A stretch of DNA of 64,000 bases from IMG/VR virus record IMGVR_UViG_3300027770_000027, positions 124,001 to 188,000 of that record. One strand, 5' to 3'. How positions within the stretch are numbered: position 1 is the stretch's first letter; every line of letters begins with the position of its first letter. This document shows, one piece after another, positions 1 to 9,543 of the stretch. The notes below the pieces were generated by a model. The model made no database searches. It saw only the letters and a program-made list of their open reading frames with translations, and was not told the DNA's origin. The translations under genes were made by a program, and so were the position numbers.

Positions 1-2036
1 GTAGAAGATTTTACTGTCGTTTGATTTATATTTGTTATTTTTAAATTATAATTTAGGTTATAACATTGACCATTAATAGAATCTACTAAAGATAAGATAG
101 GTGCTGTATTTGCGGTATCATTTACTAACCCATAACCACTATTATAAAAATTACCAAATATTTGATATCCGTGAATATCTGCCCAGTCTTCTGTTTTTAA
201 CCAAAGAGAAGTGGTAAAGTGAGTAGTTTCTAGTAAAGAAGTTCTAGAGGGAAACACTGCATGAGTAGTACCATCTAAATCCCAAAAAGAAGTGTCTTGA
301 TCCTTTAGATTTTCTGAATATATTAAACCATTGTTGTGATAATCTGATTGGTCTCTCAGAGGATTAGTGTTCCACGCAGTTATTTCTAGAGTCTTAGAAC
401 CTGTACTAGCACCTCTCACATTGTTTAAAAATGGTAAATAAGATTTACTAGTTTCTAGTCCAGCATGATAATATCTGTAAAATGCGCCAGGTTCCAAAAA
501 CATAGTTGATGGTCTGTCTATAATAAAATTCTCCCCAGCATCAAGTCTTGAATTGTATACTTCTGTCTGGGCGGATAATGCTTGGTCTAGGGTATAATAA
601 GCAGAATTGTAAAATCTGTCCATCCATTGTTTTGTTCCTGTGTTGGAACCGGATAACCAAGCACATAACCAGGTAGTAGAAGTTTTTGAAATACTAGCCG
701 GCTGTAAAAACCCTGGTAACTTGTTGCTATAATCTGTTTGTTTTAAATATATGCGATCTGATATATAAGGATGATGAGAAGCAATGGCTCCATCTTCTAT
801 AAAACCAGCATTATTTAAAAGAGTTCTTTCTGCAGTTGGCGGAAAACTAAAAAATGTTTCCCGATCTCTTTCGAATTTTTTTTCTAGAGTATGGGCTTCA
901 TATCCGAGGTAGAGAGATTCAAGTCCGCCTCTTTGATTAGTACCTGCAAAAATGGCATCATAAGATCTATGAACCCCTTTTAATCCATCCACATAATCCG
1001 TATTAAAACTATAATTGTATTCTGGAGTTTGATAATTTTTTAATCCGTGAATATGTAAATCATATATGGCGGTATTTTCTTTAATAGTGGGAAATTCTAG
1101 AGGAAACATGCCCATATAATTTTGAGCATATAAAGCATTGCTGGTAGTCGCGTCTGGAAGCAATTCTTGTTGATAATCCAATTTATTAATTAAGTATCGA
1201 GTTAAATAACTGTCAGTTACATGGGAAGCATCTGGTAAATCTTTTTTAAATGAAACAAATTTTAAGTAAGAATCTGTTGGAAGGTTAGAACCAGCATTTA
1301 AAGCCAATTGTTGTAAATTAAATTCTGGAGAATCTAAAGATTTTTTTACTATCCAAGTATAGTTTGTATTTGGCTTAAATAAATAAATTCCTTCATCTCC
1401 TAAAATGTAAGCAAATTTTTGAGAATAGCTTTCTGGATAAATCCGAGCTTTAAAGGAAACAGATTTTGATAGGTTATTCCAGGTTAAAACAAATTTATGA
1501 GGAGCGTCTTTAGTACCAGCCGAAGAAGTTTGGGTTTCTACCATTACCAATTCATCTTCTGCATCTTCAAACACATGAGTATTATCTTTAGAAAATATAA
1601 AATTCAAACTGTCTTGAGATGAAAAATTTGAAGGATAACCGGTCTCGTTATATGCTGCTTTGGATGTTATGAATAATTTATTATTACCAACAACACCCTT
1701 TGCCGTATTTGCCCGGGAAGATATGCTTATTACCTTATCAAAAGGAAACCCGATAGTTGCAACCGGAGTCAAAATTTCTGATAATTCTTGTCTATCTTTT
1801 GGAGGTATAAGAGCTTCAAAAGCTGCTGAAGAATTAATCAGTGTTGTTAGAAACAATCCGGTTTTTTTGTTTATAGCAACATCTTTATAATTTTTAAGAC
1901 AATCATTGAGAATAAACTTAACCCCATACTGAAAAGTAATGGGTGTGTGTTTAAGTTGATACTGGTTGCCCGTTACATTGAAGGTAATTGGTAACCAGGG
2001 CATCCTAGTGATATCTGGAAAATTAAAGACAGCCAT
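1..2036 (-). CDS. Large virion structural protein, partial (runs off window start); possible LamG-like domain
   Basis: Not in the ORF track. Read manually from ATG at 2036 (MAVFNFPDITRMPW...), with no stop before base 1. FTTSLWLKT motif resembles LamG. TAAATA lies 6 nt upstream. Confidence 0.75.
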   Translation of the reverse strand, partial: MAVFNFPDITRMPWLPITFNVTGNQYQLKHTPITFQYGVKFILNDCLKNYKDVAINKKTGLFLTTLINSSAAFEALIPPKDRQELSEILTPVATIGFPFDKVISISSRANTAKGVVGNNKLFITSKAAYNETGYPSNFSSQDSLNFIFSKDNTHVFEDAEDELVMVETQTSSAGTKDAPHKFVLTWNNLSKSVSFKARIYPESYSQKFAYILGDEGIYLFKPNTNYTWIVKKSLDSPEFNLQQLALNAGSNLPTDSYLKFVSFKKDLPDASHVTDSYLTRYLINKLDYQQELLPDATTSNALYAQNYMGMFPLEFPTIKENTAIYDLHIHGLKNYQTPEYNYSFNTDYVDGLKGVHRSYDAIFAGTNQRGGLESLYLGYEAHTLEKKFERDRETFFSFPPTAERTLLNNAGFIEDGAIASHHPYISDRIYLKQTDYSNKLPGFLQPASISKTSTTWLCAWLSGSNTGTKQWMDRFYNSAYYTLDQALSAQTEVYNSRLDAGENFIIDRPSTMFLEPGAFYRYYHAGLETSKSYLPFLNNVRGASTGSKTLEITAWNTNPLRDQSDYHNNGLIYSENLKDQDTSFWDLDGTTHAVFPSRTSLLETTHFTTSLWLKTEDWADIHGYQIFGNFYNSGYGLVNDTANTAPILSLVDSINGQCYNLNYNLKITNINQTTVKSS

Positions 2037-2112
2037 TTGTAATATTTATGGCAAAAGTCTTTTATGTAAACCTAGATTTTGTCAAACAGAGGTTATCACT
2101 GTTCATAATAAA

Positions 2113-5100
2113 TTAAACAACCGTATCTCCGGTAACAACCCAAGTATCTGTGGCTATTTTAATCAATGTAGCAGTAGCCCATTGGCTATTTAATCTAAAT
2201 TTGGAAGAGTTACTGCATAAAATTGTGGTTGCTGGTGTTGCTGCTACAATAGATACTGCATTGGTTCCAGTTTGGATCACCTTAATCTGAGAACCTATAG
2301 TAAATGCTACATTAGAGTTTGTAGGTACAATAGCAGATAGAACTCCAGATGTAGTATTCATTTGAATAGCTCCACCAGCATCCGTTATTGTAAGAGTATA
2401 ATTGGCTGTTCTGGGTGCGTCCATTGCTAATGGATTAGATCCGTATAACGTTGTTGCTCCGAAGGAGGTATCTCCTATATTATTTGGTTTTACACCATTG
2501 GGTGAAGGCCATATATAACCTAAATTCTCTACTCCTGTAAAATATTTTTTGTCGGAAGTACCTGCAACACCGCTCCAGTTTTTAGATAATCCAGAATATT
2601 TCCAGTTGGCTCCGTAGTCTGTAGAAACCAACAGAGGAGATCCACTGATAGCAACAACCACGGTGGAGTTATCTCCAGAAATATAAATAGATCCAGACCA
2701 TCCTACACCACTGGGGGCTGTGGACATTGCTGTAAAACTTGCTCCGTAGTCTGTGGATCTATAAAGAGCACCTCCGAAGACAGTGGCGTAAGCATAACTA
2801 CCGTCTTCAGAAATAGTGGCACCAGTAAAGTTTGCGGGTGGTCCGGTCTGTGCAAAAGTTGCACCGTAATCACTGGAAATCTTCATCAAACTTTGAGACG
2901 AGACTAATTGATACTTTCCGTTGGAAGACATAGAGGCACCGATCCAAACGGAGTTGGTACTTCCAGTCGGAGTTACAACAGTGACTCCACCATCACTTGA
3001 AGTATATATTTGAGTGTTGTCTCCAGCAGCTAGTACATATTGACCATCCTGAGAAGCAGCAACCCTCTGATAATTTAGAGATGGATACGTTGTTGTTGTA
3101 AATGTAACTCCATAATCTGTGGATTTATAAACTGATCCAAATCTACGAACTGTGTATTGAATTTTACCGTCATCACATACAACTACATTACCGTAGTTCA
3201 TGATGGTATTACCATTGGTGATGCTCCAGGTTGTTCCATAGTCTGCAGATCTCCATAAATTACCACCATAGATTCCAAACAGTTGATATTTGCCATCATT
3301 AGACATATCTCCTGGATTCCATCCCAGAGAAGATACTTTTGGGGTTGTTAATAAAGTAACTGGCAGAGAGGAGGAAACTCCCTTCACAGCCGGAAGATTC
3401 ACAAGGGAACTCCCATCACCCAAATGAACACCACTTAAACTATTAAAGGTGGCTCTATTACCGGATAAGGTTGGGGTATAAACACTATTGCCAACAACAA
3501 TTTTATTAAGAGTTAAATTACCTGTAGAATCTAAATAAGCCTTCGGAATGGTAATTTTCTTTGCGTTTCCTGCCCCATTATTAGTTTGGGCCCAAAAAAG
3601 AGTATCTGTAGAACTCCAATTTATATACGGGTTGCCATAAGAAAAAGAACCTCCAACCACAGACGGAATGTCTCTGACATATTGTAACGTACCATTGATT
3701 CCTCCAGGAGATTGTGGTCCTGGAGTTTTGTATAATTTATTAACATTATCTAATAGATAGATATAACCACTGGAGGAAGAACCTACAGAGCGGTCTATGG
3801 TAAAGTCTATAATTGTATTAGGTACAAATAAAAGAGGATTGTTAGGAGTTCCTATAGCATATAAAGAATTATAGGAAGTGCTCATAAGAGCGTATAAAGT
3901 GCTTGTAGAATCTGTATCTATAGATCCTATAATTTTATAATTAGCAGTCCCAGATAAAGTTACTACATATGTAGGAGATACTTTATAAACTGCTCCATAA
4001 GAGATGAGCGTGGTATCGGATGTGTAAACACTAGAATCCAAAGCATTGGCCATCATTGTCGGAGTGCCTATACGAGTGCCACTTGCAGCATTTGTCATGG
4101 TGCTGTCAGAAGTACGAAGTTTTTGGACTGTAAATGTGGTATTATTTATATAAAAAAGATTACCAGCATTATCTGCGGTTAAAGTGTGAGGCCCTCCCAG
4201 GGCTTGACAGTTCGCTACATTTACACTTGCTATTTGAACAGCATCAAGAATTGTTGGGTCATATTTCCAAACTGTGTACCCATTTAACATATAACCCCCG
4301 ATATAGTTTCCAGAAAGATCTGTACACGATCCATAGACATTTCCATAAGGAACGTTAAAATAAGTATCAGTTCCTATGCTCGGAGACAATCCCAATACAT
4401 TGATAAGATTTTTACCATCACCATAGTGAGTCCCGCTTAAAGAAGGGGCAGAAACTGATAAAGCAAATGTAGCACTTGCTGATAAAGCAATTGTAGCACT
4501 AGCAATAATACCAGTCAGTTTACTTCCATCTCCAAAATATGTTCCATAATGAACTCCACTTAAAGATGGAGCAGAAACAGAGGTAGTAAAGGTAGCAACT
4601 GCTGGTAATCTGCTGTTATTTAAAGTGCCTTGGCTGATATTGGTGGCATTTAAACCTGTCAAATTAGTACCATCACCACTTAAAGATGGAGCAGAAACAG
4701 AGGTAGTAAAAGTTGCAACTGCTGGTAATCTGCTGTTACTTAAAGTGCCTTGAGCAATATCAGCAGCATCTAAATTTGTTAAATTGCTACCATCACCATA
4801 AAAACCAAGAGTTGAACTAATATCCCCCACCACTGTTAGGGTTTTATTGGGAGCAGAAGTTTTAATACCCACATTTGGATATATAGAATTGACTCCTCCA
4901 ATGTGTAACACTTCTACATTTTGATCTATATCATAAAAAGAAGCAATGTCTGAGGGACCCTTTTGCCCTACATATAAAGCAGGCACTCCAGACACTGGAG
5001 AAACATTCACCACACTTAAAGAACTGGTGGTACTGAAAACCGTATTAACAAAGGTGGCAGACCCTCCAACTGTTAAAGTACCCACGGTTAGGTTATTATT

Positions 5101-5880
5101 AATAACTAAATTACCAGCAATAGTTCCTCCAGAAGCTGGTAATTTAGTAGTATCCGTGCCCCATACTTTAGTTAAATTGCTTCCGTCTCCATAATGAACT
5201 CCACTGACAGAGGGAGAAGAAATAGATGTAGTAAAGGTAGCAACTGCTGGTAATCTGCTGTTATTTAAAGTGCCTTGGCTGATATTGGTGGCATTTAAAC
5301 CTGTCAAATTAGTACCATCACCACTTAAAGATGGAGCAGAAACAGAGGTAGTAAAAGTTGCAACTGCTGGTAATCTGCTGTTACTTAAAGTTCCTTGGCT
5401 AATGTTGGTAGCGTTTAAACCCGTCAAATTAGCACCATCTCCGTAGACGTTACCAGCACTTAAAAATATTGCAGTTAGAGATGTTGCTGTTAAAGATCGA
5501 ACCACTAAAGTACCGTTGATAGTGCCGCCAGATAATGGAAGAGCTGCTGTGGTATTAACTCCAAACAATTTACTACCATCTCCATAAAAAGTACCACTCA
5601 AGGATGGAGCAGAAACAGATGAAGTGAAAGTAGCATTGGCTGGTGGAGTATATTGCGTAGTAATTACTCCAGTTAGACTACTGCCGTCTCCATAAATCTT
5701 GCCTCCGTTACCCGTCGCACACAAATTATTAACATAAAGTGTATTCGTAGTGGCTGTGGTGATATTATTTCCAATAACAAAAGAACCGCTTTGATTGGAT
5801 GTGCTGCCAGAGCCAGCCAATACGCCACTTAAGGCGGTGTCTAACATGCTAGGGATAAGTTTGGTAAGACTTTGACTCAT
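2113..5880 (-). CDS. Tail fibre / receptor-binding protein with 40-aa shaft repeats and BNR/Asp-box-like propeller
   Basis: GDGSxL and LNATNISQGTLxNSRLPAVATFTTS repeats, a NVGIKT fibre motif, repeated SxDYGxT(W/F) boxes and a fibre-type C-terminal domain. Confidence 0.8.
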   Translation of the reverse strand: MSQSLTKLIPSMLDTALSGVLAGSGSTSNQSGSFVIGNNITTATTNTLYVNNLCATGNGGKIYGDGSSLTGVITTQYTPPANATFTSSVSAPSLSGTFYGDGSKLFGVNTTAALPLSGGTINGTLVVRSLTATSLTAIFLSAGNVYGDGANLTGLNATNISQGTLSNSRLPAVATFTTSVSAPSLSGDGTNLTGLNATNISQGTLNNSRLPAVATFTTSISSPSVSGVHYGDGSNLTKVWGTDTTKLPASGGTIAGNLVINNNLTVGTLTVGGSATFVNTVFSTTSSLSVVNVSPVSGVPALYVGQKGPSDIASFYDIDQNVEVLHIGGVNSIYPNVGIKTSAPNKTLTVVGDISSTLGFYGDGSNLTNLDAADIAQGTLSNSRLPAVATFTTSVSAPSLSGDGTNLTGLNATNISQGTLNNSRLPAVATFTTSVSAPSLSGVHYGTYFGDGSKLTGIIASATIALSASATFALSVSAPSLSGTHYGDGKNLINVLGLSPSIGTDTYFNVPYGNVYGSCTDLSGNYIGGYMLNGYTVWKYDPTILDAVQIASVNVANCQALGGPHTLTADNAGNLFYINNTTFTVQKLRTSDSTMTNAASGTRIGTPTMMANALDSSVYTSDTTLISYGAVYKVSPTYVVTLSGTANYKIIGSIDTDSTSTLYALMSTSYNSLYAIGTPNNPLLFVPNTIIDFTIDRSVGSSSSGYIYLLDNVNKLYKTPGPQSPGGINGTLQYVRDIPSVVGGSFSYGNPYINWSSTDTLFWAQTNNGAGNAKKITIPKAYLDSTGNLTLNKIVVGNSVYTPTLSGNRATFNSLSGVHLGDGSSLVNLPAVKGVSSSLPVTLLTTPKVSSLGWNPGDMSNDGKYQLFGIYGGNLWRSADYGTTWSITNGNTIMNYGNVVVCDDGKIQYTVRRFGSVYKSTDYGVTFTTTTYPSLNYQRVAASQDGQYVLAAGDNTQIYTSSDGGVTVVTPTGSTNSVWIGASMSSNGKYQLVSSQSLMKISSDYGATFAQTGPPANFTGATISEDGSYAYATVFGGALYRSTDYGASFTAMSTAPSGVGWSGSIYISGDNSTVVVAISGSPLLVSTDYGANWKYSGLSKNWSGVAGTSDKKYFTGVENLGYIWPSPNGVKPNNIGDTSFGATTLYGSNPLAMDAPRTANYTLTITDAGGAIQMNTTSGVLSAIVPTNSNVAFTIGSQIKVIQTGTNAVSIVAATPATTILCSNSSKFRLNSQWATATLIKIATDTWVVTGDTVV
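4583..5391. repeat. Exact 164-bp direct duplication inside the fibre gene (4583-4746 = 5228-5391)
   Basis: Base-by-base comparison; offset 645 bp, in frame. Confidence 0.85.
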
Positions 5881-5886
5881 ATATTA

Positions 5887-5894
5887 TATTTATA
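5887..5894 (-). promoter_or_regulatory. T4-type late promoter TATAAATA
   Basis: Perfect consensus 6 nt upstream of the ATG at 5880. Confidence 0.8.
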
Positions 5895-5921
5895 GGTAAT
5901 GTGAACTATTTGAAATTATTT

Positions 5922-7337
5922 TTACCAAGTTATTCGTAAACTGGCAGTGCCGGCTCCTGCGGTGATTTGAATCGGTATTGTTGTAGACGATCCTACAAAG
6001 TAAGGCAGATCTAAAGATTGACCGTTTAGACCATTATATCCATCAGATCCCTTACCACCCTTACCAACCTCTCCAGGACTTCCTACTACATTTGCGGAAG
6101 CCGTGCCGGCATTTGCTATAACTATATTCTGACTAGGTTGCCCAGATCCTCCTCCACCGCCACCACCGTTTTGTTTGCTATTTTCATTTTGTCCTCCTCG
6201 GCCACCATTACCTCCAGAAGCTCCTAGAAGTGACTCAGATTGTCCCCCAGCCCCTCCAGCATTACTACCAATGAAATCTGGATTTGTTCCGTTAGCTCCG
6301 TCTGCACCATTACCACCAGACTGAAACCCCTCGCCACCAAGACCCGGATTTGGCCCCCTACCGTCATTACCAGATAACCCGTACGTAACAAAGACACTAG
6401 CTCCACCCCCACCACCACCACCGTATCCTTTTAGACCACCAGCTCCGCCACTATAAGTAGTGGAGCCAAAAATAACAGATTTTCCAGCAGCTCCTTCTGT
6501 ACCATCAATGCCATCTACACCATTTGCACCATTTGAAACACTTACTGGCACATAATACTGCTGTTCATCGGACGGATCTATAATGTAGTCATATGTTACA
6601 TTTATAGGAGCTCCATCAGCTCCATCAGAGCCAGGAGTTCCTGCGGCTCCGTGTCCCGTTACTGCTTGTAATCTAACATAACGTATTCCATAAGGCACTT
6701 GCCAGTTAAAGGAAGTAGTAGTATTTACAAAAGTTTCTCCTCCGGTGGAGGATAAGCCACCGGTCAATGTTTGTGGTTGCCATTCATTATCTGCAGAACT
6801 CCACACTAGGGCCTGTCCGTCTGTTGGAATATTAGTAGACACATTTCGTCCAAGAATTTTAACAGCATCTTCTCCAGCGGCACCGCCCACCAATAACCTT
6901 ACTAAAATTTTAGAGCCTCTTGGTGGAGCACTTGGAAATGTTATGGTTCCTCCAGCAGTTTCTGTTACTGTGTAATCTGTGGGAATTTGATTCAACCCAC
7001 CAATGCTTACTATATAGTTGTTAGAATCTGTTGAATTAAATCCATTTAATGGATAAAAACTAACAGAGGTGCCGTTTCCAACAAATTCATTAGAGGTGGT
7101 CCCTCGTATGGAAAAATTTTCTCTTCCAGTTAAAATAATATTCTGCAATCCAGCTGCAGATCCTAAAAGTTTACTATTAGCACTTAAAGAATTTACAAAC
7201 AAAGTATTAGCTGCAGATGTGGTGATGTTATTTCCAATAATAAAAGACCCTGGGTGTTGGACAACATTATTTTCTCCAGCCAAAACACCACTGGAAGGAA
7301 TTATTAATGTATTGCGGCTAACAGAAGTAAGAGGCAT
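5922..7337 (-). CDS. Glycine-rich fibre/adhesin protein (paralog 1)
   Basis: Shared N-terminal motif, beta-rich FPSAPP module, DGQALVW motif, polyglycine region. Confidence 0.7.
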   Translation of the reverse strand: MPLTSVSRNTLIIPSSGVLAGENNVVQHPGSFIIGNNITTSAANTLFVNSLSANSKLLGSAAGLQNIILTGRENFSIRGTTSNEFVGNGTSVSFYPLNGFNSTDSNNYIVSIGGLNQIPTDYTVTETAGGTITFPSAPPRGSKILVRLLVGGAAGEDAVKILGRNVSTNIPTDGQALVWSSADNEWQPQTLTGGLSSTGGETFVNTTTSFNWQVPYGIRYVRLQAVTGHGAAGTPGSDGADGAPINVTYDYIIDPSDEQQYYVPVSVSNGANGVDGIDGTEGAAGKSVIFGSTTYSGGAGGLKGYGGGGGGGASVFVTYGLSGNDGRGPNPGLGGEGFQSGGNGADGANGTNPDFIGSNAGGAGGQSESLLGASGGNGGRGGQNENSKQNGGGGGGGSGQPSQNIVIANAGTASANVVGSPGEVGKGGKGSDGYNGLNGQSLDLPYFVGSSTTIPIQITAGAGTASLRITW

Positions 7338-7346
7338 ATGTTATAT

Positions 7347-8696
7347 TTACCAAGAAATAGTTAATGTTGCAGACCCGTTTCCAGTAGTAATTTGTACTGG
7401 AATTGAAGATAATCCTTCTACATTGATTCCAGTATCGTAATTTAAACGAGGGCCTCCAGCAGTTCCAGAGCCTCCAGATCCTCCCGCTCCGCCAAGACCC
7501 AACACGAGAATGCCAGCGTTGCCAGCACCACCTCCGCCGCCTCCACCACCACCTCCGGGTCCAGAGGCAGGATCGTTTACGTAAAAGGCACCGGCGCCGC
7601 CTGCTCCTCCAGTTGAAACGTCAGAATTAACCCGGGCGCATCCTAACCCTCCAGTACCACCAGTACCACCGAGTCCGTTGCCAGTATCTGGGGTTGCATT
7701 TGGAGTTACATAAGGATCTGTTTGGCCAGCTCCTCCAAGTCCTCCAAGACCCTCACCATTACCCGCTAAACCGGGTCTACCATTATAAATTCCGCCACCG
7801 CCGCCGCCACCACCACCGAATCCTCCAAGACCTCCAGTGCCTCCCGGAAAAGTGTATTGACCCACTATTACAGATTTACCAGGATCCCCGTTAGCACCAT
7901 TGGCTCCATTAGCACCATCAGACCCGTCTGTTGGAAGACTAGATTCTGGATCTGTGTAACCATCAAGGCCGTTTTCTCCGTTGTGTCCTGGTTCTCCGGC
8001 GGCACCAACGCCAGTGTCTCCGTTTAATCTAAGCCATCTTACCCCAGATGGTATTATAAAATTAAAAGAAGTCACAGAATTAACAGTTGTAGAACCTCCG
8101 GAATTGTATGGAACTGAAGTTGTTTGATTTCTTGGCACCCATTCAGAAGTGGCAGAATTCCATTTCAAAACTTGTCTGTTCTGAGCAGAGTTGTTTGATA
8201 TACTTCTAGATTGGAGGAAAGAAGCAGATCCTCCACCGGGAGCACCTGTTAAAGTTCTTACAGAAATTTTCGCTCGAGCTGGTGGCGCAGTAGGAAAGGT
8301 GATGGTTCCTCTATTTGCTTCAGAAATAGTATAATCAGAAGCAGATTGTGTAATGCCTCCAACTGTGACTATATAAGACTGACTATCAATACCGTTGTAT
8401 CCACTAAGAGGAAAAAAACTAACTCTCACCCCAGTACCGTAAAATTCATTGGCATCTACTCCTCTTAAATTGGAAAAGTCTCTTGGCACTAAAACTATAT
8501 TAGTCAAACTAGTACCGTCTCCAAATATAGCTGAAGTAGCACTTACGGTGGTTGTAAAAAGGGTATTGGGTAATGTTGATGTTAAATTACTACCAATAGC
8601 AAAAGAACTCAGATGGGTAACATTACTGTTAGAACCACCTAAGACCCCACTATAGAGCGGATCAACCATCCCTAGACTGACTTTAGTAAGACTCAT
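7347..8696 (-). CDS. Glycine-rich fibre/adhesin protein (paralog 2)
   Basis: Same architecture as 5922-7337; ends IPVQITTGNGSATLTISW. Confidence 0.7.
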   Translation of the reverse strand: MSLTKVSLGMVDPLYSGVLGGSNSNVTHLSSFAIGSNLTSTLPNTLFTTTVSATSAIFGDGTSLTNIVLVPRDFSNLRGVDANEFYGTGVRVSFFPLSGYNGIDSQSYIVTVGGITQSASDYTISEANRGTITFPTAPPARAKISVRTLTGAPGGGSASFLQSRSISNNSAQNRQVLKWNSATSEWVPRNQTTSVPYNSGGSTTVNSVTSFNFIIPSGVRWLRLNGDTGVGAAGEPGHNGENGLDGYTDPESSLPTDGSDGANGANGANGDPGKSVIVGQYTFPGGTGGLGGFGGGGGGGGGIYNGRPGLAGNGEGLGGLGGAGQTDPYVTPNATPDTGNGLGGTGGTGGLGCARVNSDVSTGGAGGAGAFYVNDPASGPGGGGGGGGGGAGNAGILVLGLGGAGGSGGSGTAGGPRLNYDTGINVEGLSSIPVQITTGNGSATLTISW

Positions 8697-8712
8697 AATA
8701 TATATTTACAGA

Positions 8713-9531
8713 TTAATAATTGATTGTCACAAAAGCGGAACCAGCCCCATCTGTTATGTAAATGGGAAGCAAGTCTCCTGGATGTAAAAGTACTGGATAT
8801 GTGCCAGATTGGCCAGGAGTTCCTCTCCCTCCAAAACCACCACCATCTCCGGATTGTATAATTACTTCCGCGTATCTAGCGTTTCTAGGAACTCTCCAAT
8901 AATGAGTCCCCACAGAGTTAAAAGTTACAGTCCCGCCGAAATTTGTATTACCAATTTGATCTTGATAACACCACCTAGCACTCAAAGCACTCCAGGTTAA
9001 TACCTGGCCGTCTGTAGGTGAAGAGTCTACTATAACTCGACCCATCAAGCGATTTACATCTCCGGTTCCTATTGTACCATACACATAAGCCCTAACAGAA
9101 ATGCGGACATTTTTTGGAGGAGCACTTGGTAGTATTAGGGTGCCATCATTTAATGCTGAAATTGTATAATCAGATGCAAGTAAATCTAAACCTCCTACAG
9201 TTACTAGATAATTTATAGAATTAGTCCCGTTGTATCCGTTAATAGGATAAAAAGAAGTGTCTGAATCATTTCCTACAAATTCTGTTGACGTGGAAGAATT
9301 TATACCCGATGGAACATATTCTAAAGGAACGGCTCCAGTAATATTTCTACCGTCACCATAAAATGTTCGGGCACTAATAGAGTTTACATAAAGTAAATTG
9401 TCCTGAGAAGTGGTTATGCCGTTACCAATTACATAAGAACCTGTGTTGTTGGTAGAATTATTAACACCTCCCATAATCCCGGAGGACTTAGGGTATTGTG
9501 TCATGCTATACTCGATTTTAGATATGCTCAT
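8713..9531 (-). CDS. Short fibre/adhesin protein (paralog 3, minimal glycine-rich region)
   Basis: Same architecture; ends LPIYITDGAGSAFVTINY. Confidence 0.7.
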   Translation of the reverse strand: MSISKIEYSMTQYPKSSGIMGGVNNSTNNTGSYVIGNGITTSQDNLLYVNSISARTFYGDGRNITGAVPLEYVPSGINSSTSTEFVGNDSDTSFYPINGYNGTNSINYLVTVGGLDLLASDYTISALNDGTLILPSAPPKNVRISVRAYVYGTIGTGDVNRLMGRVIVDSSPTDGQVLTWSALSARWCYQDQIGNTNFGGTVTFNSVGTHYWRVPRNARYAEVIIQSGDGGGFGGRGTPGQSGTYPVLLHPGDLLPIYITDGAGSAFVTINY

Positions 9532-9543
9532 GTACAGTTATAT

